Below, in pieces: positions 19,201 through 27,773 of a stretch of 64,000 nt of DNA. Within the stretch, counting starts at the first letter, position 1, and each line of letters begins with the position of its first letter. The position numbers and the translations under genes were made by a program. The notes under the pieces were generated by a model. It was not told the DNA's origin. It saw only the letters and a list, made by a program, of their open reading frames with translations, and did not search any database. This DNA comes from Clostridiales bacterium (GTDB lineage: Bacteria; Bacillota; Clostridia; Christensenellales; Aristaeellaceae), in contig JAIKYG010000003.1 of NCBI GenBank assembly GCA_024683475.1, positions 10,447 to 74,446 on the forward strand, in the 5' to 3' direction.

Positions 19201-19886
19201 ATCTCCCTTGCGGGATAGATCACGGCAGACTTTACGGGAGTGATCGAACGCTGTGTCAGAATATCGAATTCCCTGATCGAATCGATCTCGTCGTCAAAGA
19301 ATTCGACTCGGATCGCGTTCGGAGAATTCACGGAATATACGTCAAGTATACCGCCGCGCAGGGAACATTGCCCCCTGCCCTCGACGAGTTCTATACGCTC
19401 GTAACCGGCTGAGACGAGCTTTTCGATAAGTGTTTCGGGTCGTATGATATCCCCGACATTAAGAAATATGGTGTTGTCGGCAAAGCGCTGCTTTGACATC
19501 TGCCTGAAGCGCAGGGATTCGGCAGGCAGCACAAGCACCCGGATCTTTCCGTTTATGAAATCGCCTATCGCTTCAAGACGCTGAAAGCTGAACTCCTTGC
19601 TCTGCGCATCGGCTCTGAAAAAGTTGACGTCATTATGCGGCAGAACGCGGGAAATGATGCCGAGAGAGTTAAAGTCGTCCGCGCGTTTTCTGGCGAGCAG
19701 CTCGTTTTCGCAGACCCAAATAAACCTCCGTCCGCTGTCTTCGCAAAGCGCGGATATGAGGCTCGTGGCGGCGGAGTCTTCGGCTCCGCTTACGCTTATT
19801 GTGTTGTACTCTTCGATACCGGAGCGCAGCTGCTCATAGGCAGCCTGCCGCTTTATAAGATCAAGTATCGAGCTTTTTGCTTTCAT
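16248..19886 (-). CDS. mfd: transcription-repair coupling factor
   Basis: About 1200 aa. Helicase motifs GDVGYGKTEVALRA and DEEQRFG are present, along with an RNAP-interacting/CarD-like segment (GDYVVHENHGIGQY). Confidence 0.95.
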   Translation of the reverse strand: MKAKSSILDLIKRQAAYEQLRSGIEEYNTISVSGAEDSAATSLISALCEDSGRRFIWVCENELLARKRADDFNSLGIISRVLPHNDVNFFRADAQSKEFSFQRLEAIGDFINGKIRVLVLPAESLRFRQMSKQRFADNTIFLNVGDIIRPETLIEKLVSAGYERIELVEGRGQCSLRGGILDVYSVNSPNAIRVEFFDDEIDSIREFDILTQRSITPVKSAVIYPAREILFTKQEAEEAAEEIYKAVKKRNDYQNKLRQRELERQFGLEPYEQFLQETKPTEDETGEIIQAENDNSRPSVETVRSAHERHFSAIADSLKNSVLLDYDYSFLTLLCKDTELITDYDLTAAVVIEHADRIKERLRSLTEDFELNYKSSLERGEALPFQAEINNPYETIRQSVSKHCVITIDMMLRSKTDYPPEKLIKFNTVSSIGFNGKVKELAAEIQRLKEQKAYVLLLAGSEARGVRLSKALSDENVIVPFIEAKATDLKPSVPVILAINLSGGFSVPEIPLCVFSEDDLFGRKKQKKNVSAASQNKTSAFIQLNVGDYVVHENHGIGQYLGTVRMTVDGRSRDFLNIRYGGTDKLYVPTDQMDRVQKYIGSEGEAPKLNHLSGGEWQKQKSRVRKAIREIAGDLIKLYAERTSAPGYAFSPDTPWQKEFEDAFPFEETPDQVVATEEIKRDMERPRVMDRLLCGDVGYGKTEVALRAVFKCVMEGKQAVLLAPTTILVQQHYATALNRFSAFPVKIDTLSRFKSPSEQKEVIAKLKTGEIDFIIGTHRLLGKDIEYKDLGLLVVDEEQRFGVSHKEAIKQYKKSVDVLTLSATPIPRTLHMSMVGIRDMSILKTPPEERFPIQTYVVEYSDSLVRDAILRELSRGGQVYMLYNRVQSIEIVFSRLKRLVPEARIAIAHGQMREHNLEDVMLDFYDGKFDVLLCSTIIEAGLDVPRANTLIVCDADRFGLSQLYQLRGRVGRSNRIAYAYLTVNPNKILTQDAEKRLNAIREFTEFGSGFRVAMRDLEIRGTGNILGAEQSGHMAAVGYDLYVKMIDEAIREMQGTTQRTQVSAKIDIAIDAYLPTDYVTSDSTRIEMYKRIAEIDNKQIRDDVIDELIDRFGDPDKPVMNLINISLLKTACERMFIDNVNYKNDMLLLRFSQEGDFDVMRLLDALKQDSGFRLLPKQRGIIAYTQPRQPIEKLIVSCADALNALYDRMQVK

Positions 19887-20448
19887 GCAGTTTACCTATA
19901 AACTGTCGGGCTTTATCTATACCGCCGTCGATATATTCGATTATCGCGAGCGCGGCGTTGTTTTCTGCTTCTTCCATCAGCGGCTTGTCTTCGCCCCAAG
20001 GCTGAGACAGAACGTAGTCCCTGAGCTCGATATGCCCCTCGGGCTTGCCGATGCCCACCCTTAACCTCGGGAAAGCGGTCGTATCAAGCTTTTCAACTAT
20101 GTCACGCATGCCGTTATGCGTGCCTGCGCTTCCGGAGGGACGTATCCTGAGATCGCCTCTGTTAAGGTCTATATCGTCGTATACCACGAGCAGATCTTCG
20201 GGCGGACACTTATACCAGTTCAGCACGGCTAAAACGGCTTCGCCGGACAGATTCATGTATGTCAACGGTTTTACGACAACGATTTTTTCACCGTTATGGC
20301 GGCCTTCCCCAATCAGTGCCTTGGCTTGTTTTCTGTCGGTCCAGATGCCAAGTTTTTCGCAAAGGCTGTCAACGACCCTGAAACCTACGTTATGATAGGT
20401 CTTCAGATACTTGAGTTCCGGATTGCCAAGCCCGACTATTACCAGCAT
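19861..20448 (-). CDS. pth: aminoacyl-tRNA (peptidyl-tRNA) hydrolase
   Basis: LVIVGLGNPELKYLKTYHNVGF and GTHNGMRDI motifs are present. Confidence 0.92.
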   Translation of the reverse strand: MLVIVGLGNPELKYLKTYHNVGFRVVDSLCEKLGIWTDRKQAKALIGEGRHNGEKIVVVKPLTYMNLSGEAVLAVLNWYKCPPEDLLVVYDDIDLNRGDLRIRPSGSAGTHNGMRDIVEKLDTTAFPRLRVGIGKPEGHIELRDYVLSQPWGEDKPLMEEAENNAALAIIEYIDGGIDKARQFIGKLHESKKLDT

Positions 20449-20539
20449 AATGCCTCCATATATGAAAAAGACATTTTATTTTACAACAAAACACATCTGC
20501 TGTCAAATAAAACGTCTTAATTTATCTGTGTTCTGATCG

Positions 20540-21355
20540 TTAGAAGAACAGCGCGTAGAGCATATAGATGATCGGGATGGAGAACAGCTCGCTGTCGATC
20601 CTGTCCATCATGCCGCCATGCCCGGGGATAAGGTTCGAGTAATCCTTTATTCCCGCTTCGCGTTTTATGCTTGACGCGGCAAGATCGCCTATGGCTCCGG
20701 CCAAGGAACTGAGCAGCGCCGCGAGAAGAACGACCCACAGCGGAAGCAGATTCAGTGCAAAAGCTTTGAGTATGTAGTATACTCCGAACCCTGACAAAGT
20801 TCCCATGACAATGCCGCATACCAGACCTTCCACCGTCTTGTTGGGACTGATGTGCGGAGCAAGCTTCGTTTTGCCGAATATCCTGCCGCCGAACAGGGCA
20901 AACGTATCGCTGACTACCGACGGCAGTATCGCGCTCAAAAACACTATCGGCCATTTCTCAACGCCCGACGCTGTTTTCACAGTAGAAACATACATTACCA
21001 GCATCAGCGGAGCGAGCGGATAATAGCAGACCCCGTAAGTGGCGAACAGGTCTTTTACTCCAAACTTTTTGCCGAGTATGAGGAGCGCGAATAAACCGAG
21101 CAGAATGACCGTCGCCGCGGGGAAAACGAAACTGCCGAGCCCCAGATATATCAGCAAAGCCCCGCCCACACAGATGAGATGCACTGCCCATACCTGGACA
21201 TTGTAGTCAAGCTTATTCAGTGCATTTTTCATTTCATGGCAGCTGCAGATACAGCACGCGACGAAGAACAGGATCCGCGTTTCTACCGAGAAGCAGATCA
21301 TGAACAGTGTTAGCGCGATAAAGACGATGGCGGATATGATCCTTGTACGCATCAT
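20540..21355 (-). CDS. cdsA: phosphatidate cytidylyltransferase
   Basis: Multi-TM protein with the CDS signature SSIKREAGIKDYSNLIPGHGGMMDRIDS. Confidence 0.9.
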   Translation of the reverse strand: MMRTRIISAIVFIALTLFMICFSVETRILFFVACCICSCHEMKNALNKLDYNVQVWAVHLICVGGALLIYLGLGSFVFPAATVILLGLFALLILGKKFGVKDLFATYGVCYYPLAPLMLVMYVSTVKTASGVEKWPIVFLSAILPSVVSDTFALFGGRIFGKTKLAPHISPNKTVEGLVCGIVMGTLSGFGVYYILKAFALNLLPLWVVLLAALLSSLAGAIGDLAASSIKREAGIKDYSNLIPGHGGMMDRIDSELFSIPIIYMLYALFF

Positions 21356-21367
21356 TGACCTCGATAT

Positions 21368-22270
21368 TTACAGTGCTCTTGCTATAAGCGCAGCAAGCTT
21401 TGCATTATTATATACCAGTTTTATATTGCTTTCAAGGCTTTCCCCACCGGTAAGCTTCTGTATCTTGTCGAGAAGATAAGGAGTGATCTCCTTGCCTTTT
21501 ATGCCCAGCTTGTTTGCTTCGTCGACGGCAGTTTCGATGGCTTTGTTTATGACGTCTGCCGGCATGGCGTATTCTTTGGGTATTGGGTTGGTCACCAGCA
21601 TTCCGCCTTTGAGCCCCAGGCGCATTTTGCAGTTGAAGGCGTCGGCGACTTCTTTAGGCGTATCCAGGCGGTAGTCCACTTTAAGCCCGCTTTTATCCGT
21701 ATAGAACGCCGGCAGCTCATCTGTGCCGTAGCCGATCACCGGGACACCTTTTGTTTCAAGATATTCCAAAGTGAGTTTGAGATCCAGTATGGATTTGCAG
21801 CCCGCGCAGACGACCATAACGGAAGTGTTGGCGAGTTCGTCAAGATCCGCAGATATATCCATCGTCTCCGTAGCGCCTCTGTGTACGCCTCCCACGCCGC
21901 CTGTGGCGAAGACCTTTATTCCCGCAAGGCTCGCGCCTATCATGGTGGAAGCTACGGTGGTGGCTCCGTCAAGACCCTTTGACAGCAGCACCGGCAGATC
22001 CCTTCTCGAGGCTTTTATGACATTATGGCCGCTTTTGCCGAGATATTCTATCTCGTCCATATCGGCGCCTACGATCAGCTTTCCGCCGATAATGCAGATA
22101 GTCGCCGGAACGGCGCCGTTCTCGCGAACGATCTTTTCCACGTTCAGGGCTGTTTCCACGTTCTTGGGGTAAGGCATCCCGTGGGATATGATCGTGCTTT
22201 CCAGGGCTACTACGGGCTTGTTTTCGCTCAGCACCTGGGATACTTCCTCAGATATCTTTAAAAACTCCAT
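21368..22270 (-). CDS. psuG: pseudouridine-5'-phosphate glycosidase
   Basis: VVALESTIISHGMPYPKN motif. I chose the internal ATG 22270 (MEFLKISEEV). The 67-aa upstream extension in the track is Arg-rich junk overlapping the next gene. Confidence 0.85.
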   Translation of the reverse strand: MEFLKISEEVSQVLSENKPVVALESTIISHGMPYPKNVETALNVEKIVRENGAVPATICIIGGKLIVGADMDEIEYLGKSGHNVIKASRRDLPVLLSKGLDGATTVASTMIGASLAGIKVFATGGVGGVHRGATETMDISADLDELANTSVMVVCAGCKSILDLKLTLEYLETKGVPVIGYGTDELPAFYTDKSGLKVDYRLDTPKEVADAFNCKMRLGLKGGMLVTNPIPKEYAMPADVINKAIETAVDEANKLGIKGKEITPYLLDKIQKLTGGESLESNIKLVYNNAKLAALIARAL

Positions 22271-22293
22271 TTTTGCATCTCCTGTTCTCTGGT

Positions 22294-23442
22294 TTATTTG
22301 TACATGTTCCTCAGCTTTTTGACTGTTTCGCAGATTATGTCGGCTGCGGCAAATATTTCTTCTTCGGTATTGTATTCGCTGAATGAGAAACGCACTGATC
22401 CGGCGGCGATCTCTTTGTCTATGCCCATCGCCATTAGTACATGGGAAGGATCGACCGAACCGCTCAGACACGCGGAACCGGTCGACGCGCAGATGCCCTG
22501 CAGGTCAAGATTTAGCATCAGAGCTTCGCCGTCTATTCCCTTGAAAGAGATATTGGATATCCCGCTCGCGCGCCTGGCAGACGCGGAATTCACAGTCGCA
22601 TCTTCGATCCTCGAAGTTATCAGGTCTTCGAGCAATCCGGCAAGTTTCCGTTTCCCGGCATTTATGGACGCTCGGTTCCTGATTATTTCGCGGCAGGCAA
22701 GCCCCAAAGAACAGATACCTGGAAGATTTTCAGTCCCCGCGCGTTTTCCCTGCTCCTGAGCGCCTCCGCAGATAAGTCTGGAGATATTTACACCGTTTCT
22801 GACAGTCAGTACGCCGCAGCCCTTAAGCCCGTGCAGTTTGTGCGCGCTAAGCGAGAGCATGTCTATATTGCTGTCAGACAGTTTATATTCAACATCGTAT
22901 ATCCCCTGCACCGCATCAGTATGGAACAGCGCGCCTTTTGAATGAGCTATCTCGGACAAAATATCGATGTCCTGCATAACGCCGGTCTCATTGTTTACGG
23001 ACATTATAGAGACAAGGAATACGTCTTCACTGATTTTGCTTAGAAGCGTATCGGCGGATACGACTCCGTTTGAATCGACGGGGAGATATATGACGTTATA
23101 TCCTTCTGTTTCAAGCTGTTTTGCGCAGGACAAAACGGCTTTATGTTCGATTTGGCTTGTGATAAGCGTGCGCCTGCGGTTTGACTGAGCATGCGTAGCA
23201 CCGTATAAGGCCCAGGTGTCGGATTCGCTGCCGCCGGAAGTGAAATACACTTCGTTTGCGCGGCATCCCAGAAGATCAGACACGATGCGCCTGCTGTCTT
23301 CTGTCAGTTTTCGGGCTTTCCTGCCTTCGGCATGTACGCTGGAAGGGTTGCCATAGCAGCCCTGCAATATGCGCGGCAGAGCCTCGAGTATCTCGGGGCT
23401 GACCGGAGATGTGGCGGCATTGTCAAAGTAAATTGATCTCAT
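22294..23442 (-). CDS. cysteine desulfurase (NifS/IscS family, class V aminotransferase)
   Basis: YFDNAATSP, PLP-lysine SAHKLHG and catalytic-Cys loop STGSACLS are present. Confidence 0.85.
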   Translation of the reverse strand: MRSIYFDNAATSPVSPEILEALPRILQGCYGNPSSVHAEGRKARKLTEDSRRIVSDLLGCRANEVYFTSGGSESDTWALYGATHAQSNRRRTLITSQIEHKAVLSCAKQLETEGYNVIYLPVDSNGVVSADTLLSKISEDVFLVSIMSVNNETGVMQDIDILSEIAHSKGALFHTDAVQGIYDVEYKLSDSNIDMLSLSAHKLHGLKGCGVLTVRNGVNISRLICGGAQEQGKRAGTENLPGICSLGLACREIIRNRASINAGKRKLAGLLEDLITSRIEDATVNSASARRASGISNISFKGIDGEALMLNLDLQGICASTGSACLSGSVDPSHVLMAMGIDKEIAAGSVRFSFSEYNTEEEIFAAADIICETVKKLRNMYK

Positions 23443-23484
23443 ATGCTGAAAGGGGGAGGATGTTTCCTCCCCCATATCCGTTAT

Positions 23485-25464
23485 TTATTTCTTCAGAGTC
23501 TCTTTTGCGAGCTCGCAGACATGCTCGGGAGTAAAGCCGTATTCCTTGAACAGGAACTTGTAGGGAGCGCTCTGGCCGAACCTGTCGATGCCAAGCACCT
23601 TGCCGTCAAGTCCGACGTACTTGTGCCAGCCGAGAGTTGCGCCCGCTTCCACGGCGACCCTTGCCCTGACCTTGTCGGGCAGCACGCTCTGCTTGTACTC
23701 CTCGCTCTGCTCATCAAAGAGTTCAAAGCTGGGCATGGAGACTACGCGGGCGTCAATGCCCTCTTCCTTCAGCTGAGCCTGAGCCGCAACACACACCTCG
23801 ACTTCGCTGCCGGAGGCGATCAGTATGCAATCGGGATTCTTTTTCTTGCTGTCGGAGATTATGTAGCCGCCTTTCAGCGCGTCTTTGCCGCTCTTTTCGT
23901 TGAGCTGGCAGTCCTGACGGGACAGTATCAGCGCGACGGGCCTCTTCTGAGTCAGCGCGGCGTACCAGCCCGCGGCAACTTCGTGACTGTCACAGGGACG
24001 GAACACGACGAGTCCGGGGATGGCCCTAAGTCCGGCCAGCTGTTCTACGGGCTGATGGGTCGGGCCGTCTTCGCCTACGCCGATGGAGTCGTGAGTGAGC
24101 ACATAAGTCACGGGCAGCTGCATGATCGCCGCGACGCGCATGGCGTTTTTCATGTAGTCAGAGAAGACGAAGAACGTTCCGCAGTAAGGCCTGAGTCCGC
24201 CGTGCAGCTTCATGCCCGCGCAGATACACGCCATCGCATGCTCCCTTACGCCGAAGTGGAGGTTCCTGCCACTTCTGTCTTCGGCAGAATAATCGCCCTG
24301 TCCCTTCATATAGGTCTTATTGGAGGGAGCAAGGTCGCCGCTGCCGCCGATAAGATTGGGGATCTTTCCGGCAAGACGGTTGATCACTGTGCCGGAGGAG
24401 TTCCTGGTCGCAGCTTTGCCTTCGAACGCCCAGTAAGATTCGTCATTCAGAAGATCCACGGGCAGTTTGTCGGAATGCCAAATATCCCATTCCTTGCGCA
24501 GTTCGGGATACTTGTCGCTCCACTTCTCGAACAGTTTCTCCCATTTTTCCTGGGCTTTCGCGCCGGCCTGCGCGGTCTTGGCGGTGATCTGATATACTTC
24601 TTCGGGAACCGCGAAGCTCATGGGTTCCTGATCGATCCAGTGCAGCTTTTTCTTGAGCGCGATGATGTTGTCCTCGCCCAGAGGTTCACCGTGGGCGCTG
24701 GCCATGCCCTGCTTCGGAGAACCGTAGCCGATGAGCGTGTGGCACACGATGAGGTTGGGCTTGTCGGAGAGCTTGGCAAGTTTGATCGCCGCGTCGACAT
24801 TCTCAAACTGGTTGGCGTCGGGAACATCTATTACGTTCCAGCCATAGGCGCGGAAACGGGCGGGGACGTCTTCCCTGAAGGCGATATCCGTGCTGCCCTC
24901 GATGGAGATCTCGTTGTCGTCATACAGCGCGATCAGCTTGTTGAGCTTGAGCGTGCCGGCGAGAGAGCAGGCTTCGTGGCTCAGGCCTTCCATCATGCAG
25001 CCGTCGCCGAGGATGACGTAAGTGTTATGGTCAACGATATTATAACCGCGGCGGTTGAACTTGTTGGCAAGCACGGTCTCGGCGAGCGCCATACCTACGG
25101 CGTTGCTGATGCCCATGCCCAGAGGTCCCGTGGAAGTTTCGACACCGTTGGTGTGAGCATACTCGGGATGTCCCGGAGTAAGAGAACCGAACTGCCTGAA
25201 CTGCTTAAGGTCCTCAATAGTCAGACCGTATCCGAAAAGGTGCAGCAGGCTGTACAGAAGCATGGAGCCGTGTCCGGAGGACAGTACGAAGCGGTCTCTG
25301 TCAGGCCACTTTGAATCTGCGGGGTTATGCTTCATTTCTCTGCCCCATACTGCGTAAGCCATGGCAGCAGCGCCCATCGGCATACCCGGATGACCGCTCT
25401 TCGCCTTCTGGACCGCCTCGGCGGAAAGGATCCTGATCGCCGATACTACCTTGTTCTCGTTCAT
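23485..25464 (-). CDS. tkt: transketolase
   Basis: SGHPGMPMGAAAMA, GDGCMMEG and GEDGPTHQPVEQL motifs are present. Confidence 0.95.
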   Translation of the reverse strand: MNENKVVSAIRILSAEAVQKAKSGHPGMPMGAAAMAYAVWGREMKHNPADSKWPDRDRFVLSSGHGSMLLYSLLHLFGYGLTIEDLKQFRQFGSLTPGHPEYAHTNGVETSTGPLGMGISNAVGMALAETVLANKFNRRGYNIVDHNTYVILGDGCMMEGLSHEACSLAGTLKLNKLIALYDDNEISIEGSTDIAFREDVPARFRAYGWNVIDVPDANQFENVDAAIKLAKLSDKPNLIVCHTLIGYGSPKQGMASAHGEPLGEDNIIALKKKLHWIDQEPMSFAVPEEVYQITAKTAQAGAKAQEKWEKLFEKWSDKYPELRKEWDIWHSDKLPVDLLNDESYWAFEGKAATRNSSGTVINRLAGKIPNLIGGSGDLAPSNKTYMKGQGDYSAEDRSGRNLHFGVREHAMACICAGMKLHGGLRPYCGTFFVFSDYMKNAMRVAAIMQLPVTYVLTHDSIGVGEDGPTHQPVEQLAGLRAIPGLVVFRPCDSHEVAAGWYAALTQKRPVALILSRQDCQLNEKSGKDALKGGYIISDSKKKNPDCILIASGSEVEVCVAAQAQLKEEGIDARVVSMPSFELFDEQSEEYKQSVLPDKVRARVAVEAGATLGWHKYVGLDGKVLGIDRFGQSAPYKFLFKEYGFTPEHVCELAKETLKK

Positions 25465-25477
25465 ATTATTGCTCCTT

Positions 25478-26977
25478 TTATAATGTTTTGAGAATGTCCT
25501 CAAATGGTTTCAGATCGAGTTCCTCGTTATCCTTTTCAAGCACTGCATACAATTCATTCAAGATCTTCTTCAGTCCGCCAGGCACTTCGCTTTCCGCATT
25601 CACAACCATAACGGGGTCATGCACGGAAAGCCTGAGCATGAACCATGCGCTGTCGACCTGCCCGTCTATGGAGAACAGCACCCTTACGCCTTCGCGATTA
25701 TCCACGGCGAGCCGCCATTCGGGGTTTTCCACAGTCTTGGACAGGATCGCTTCTATCACGTATCCCGCGGCTTTGCGGTAATCTTCCTGAATGATCGGAA
25801 GGCGTACTTCAACGCTTTCTACAGGCTCCTGCAATTCGTCGATAAGGGAAGTGAGCGTTTCTCCGCGCTTCTTTCTCCACATCGCTTCGCAAATGACTTT
25901 CGTCGCCAGGAAAACGCCGTCATCGATAAAAAAGTTCTCCGCCATCGCAGCATGTCCGCTGGTCTCTATAGCCGCCGGAACTTTTATGCCTTCCCCGCTG
26001 AGCCTTTCGGCTTCCTCGATCACGTTTTTATAACCACGTTTAAAGCGGTAATGGTTCCCGCCCCATTCGGTTATAAAACGGGTAAGACCGCTTGACGTAA
26101 CGGAATCGGTAACGAAAGTGAGATTTTTCTCGTCTTCCAGCATTATGGCCGCCACAAGCGCTATGAGGCGGTTGCGGTTAATCACTTTTCCGTTCTCGTC
26201 TACCAGCGCCACCCTGTCTGCGTCGGCATCAAGCAAAATGCCCAAGTCGGCTTTGTTTTCCAGCACTTTGCAGCTTAATTCTTTAAGGTTCTCGCTAGAC
26301 TCCGGGTTGGGAAGATGCGAGGCGAATATGCCGGTTGGTTCAAGGTTCAGGCTGCCCGTTGTATCCGCGCCCAGGCTTTCAAGCAGTTCAGCAAAGAACC
26401 CGCCGCTGCCGTTGGAAGCGTCCACGACGACTTTGAGCCCCAGCAGAGGCATTGGCGTTTCGTCCTCAAGGAAGTCTCTGACGCGCGAGGCAAGCCTTGC
26501 TTTATAAGCCGACATGATGTCCAGCGGTTTTACAAGACGCCTGGGCACTACCAGGGTCTGCGCCTTGTTCAGCACACACGTCAATTCGTCGGTCGTCAGA
26601 GCACCGTTGTATCCGTAAAACTTGAAGCCGTTCTTTTCTTCTCCGGAAGCGCTCGCGGTTATCATTATCGCTCCGTCGGCGTTGATCTCGTCAAGCTCCA
26701 GCGTCATTTGCATGGCGGGCGTCGTGCTCAGACCGCAGTCATATATATCCGTGTCCGCGCGGCTCAGGCCGTCGCATACCGCTTTGAGCAGTCTTTCACC
26801 GGACGGGCGGGAATCGCGGCCCACGCTGATTACCAGCGTGTCTGCGGGTTTCTTAAGCGTTTCGGAAAGCCACAGAGCAAATGCGTACGCTATCTGCGTA
26901 ACGACGGTATCGGTGAGTTCCTCCTGATTTGCCCTGATGACCGATCCTCTCTGAAGGTTCTTGAGTTTTATATTCAT
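25478..26977 (-). CDS. alpha-D-phosphohexomutase family protein (PGM/PMM-like, atypical active-site loop)
   Basis: Metal loop DADADR, sugar loop ETSGHAAM and phosphate loop LRLSVHDPV are present. The phosphoserine loop reads ITASASGEE (26642-26659) instead of TASH(N/L)P. Confidence 0.75.
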   Translation of the reverse strand: MNIKLKNLQRGSVIRANQEELTDTVVTQIAYAFALWLSETLKKPADTLVISVGRDSRPSGERLLKAVCDGLSRADTDIYDCGLSTTPAMQMTLELDEINADGAIMITASASGEEKNGFKFYGYNGALTTDELTCVLNKAQTLVVPRRLVKPLDIMSAYKARLASRVRDFLEDETPMPLLGLKVVVDASNGSGGFFAELLESLGADTTGSLNLEPTGIFASHLPNPESSENLKELSCKVLENKADLGILLDADADRVALVDENGKVINRNRLIALVAAIMLEDEKNLTFVTDSVTSSGLTRFITEWGGNHYRFKRGYKNVIEEAERLSGEGIKVPAAIETSGHAAMAENFFIDDGVFLATKVICEAMWRKKRGETLTSLIDELQEPVESVEVRLPIIQEDYRKAAGYVIEAILSKTVENPEWRLAVDNREGVRVLFSIDGQVDSAWFMLRLSVHDPVMVVNAESEVPGGLKKILNELYAVLEKDNEELDLKPFEDILKTL

Positions 26978-27107
26978 TCTATCTCCTTTCGTCCGCATCT
27001 TACCGACATCGGCGGGAGAATGCCTTCTCCCTCATGCACCATGCAAAACGTCACACCACATGGTGATTTGAAAATAATAGTGCCGGTTTCCCGTATTTCA
27101 GGGTGTT

Positions 27108-27773
27108 TCAGGTCTCTGTTCTCAGGCTGTCAAAATACCTGTATAGTGGCGTTAACAGCTCAAAATCGCTTATTACCTCCTGCGCGAGCTGAGGCGTAAG
27201 CGCGATACCGCTTGGCGAGATCTCCCTGTAAGCGTAGAAGCTTCTCAAAGCGTACCAGTCTTTCAGCGCTTCGGGTATCATTTCGGGCAATGCCATGCGC
27301 TTATAGCATCTTAAGCCAAAACCGAACCTTTCCTTAAGCGGAGATATAAGTTCCTCGAACGCGCTCGGGTCGTTGCGCATAACGCGCCTGTGTGCATCGC
27401 ACAGCGCACGGTTGTCCTCCCAAAAGCCCATGCCCCAGCCTACGTGATTGGCGGACATGTCCACATACAGACCCGGGATCGCCCCTTTGTTCTCGCCTTT
27501 ATGTACGCCTATCCACATATAATCCCTGTAAGGAGATTTATCTTTGGAGAAGCGGATGTCCCTGTTGATCCGTGACACCATTCGCTCGGGGCGACGTTCC
27601 AGCTCGGGATCTATCTTTTCGATCGTTTCATTCAGTTCGGAGGCGAGGTCAAGCAACGGCTGCCGGACGCTTCTCATGTACCAATCGTGGTTGTCATGAA
27701 AGAATTCGCGGTTATTGTTGAAGCTTATCGCCATCATAAACTCGAAGGATTCCGCAGTGAAGCCGTTAAACAT
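27108..27773 (-). CDS. DUF2461 (TIGR02453) family protein
   Basis: FNGFTAESFEFMMAISFNNNREFFHDNHDWY ... RINRDIRFSKDKSPYRDY matches the family pattern. Confidence 0.75.
   Translation of the reverse strand: MFNGFTAESFEFMMAISFNNNREFFHDNHDWYMRSVRQPLLDLASELNETIEKIDPELERRPERMVSRINRDIRFSKDKSPYRDYMWIGVHKGENKGAIPGLYVDMSANHVGWGMGFWEDNRALCDAHRRVMRNDPSAFEELISPLKERFGFGLRCYKRMALPEMIPEALKDWYALRSFYAYREISPSGIALTPQLAQEVISDFELLTPLYRYFDSLRTET

Noticed and set aside
21368-22471. Long N-terminal extensions offered by the ORF track (psuG; also the DUF4886 gene at 2546-3544, nifS-like, tkt, yqeK, the COG1579 gene and the acyl-CoA synthetase fusion)
   Set aside because: In each case an internal ATG with a Shine-Dalgarno sequence coincides with the start of family homology. 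The extensions are Arg/Ser-rich and overlap neighbouring genes.
23443-25314. 623-aa plus-strand ORF
   Set aside because: It is antisense to transketolase, whose TPP-binding and GEDGPTHQP motifs are clear. It is a shadow ORF produced by codon bias.
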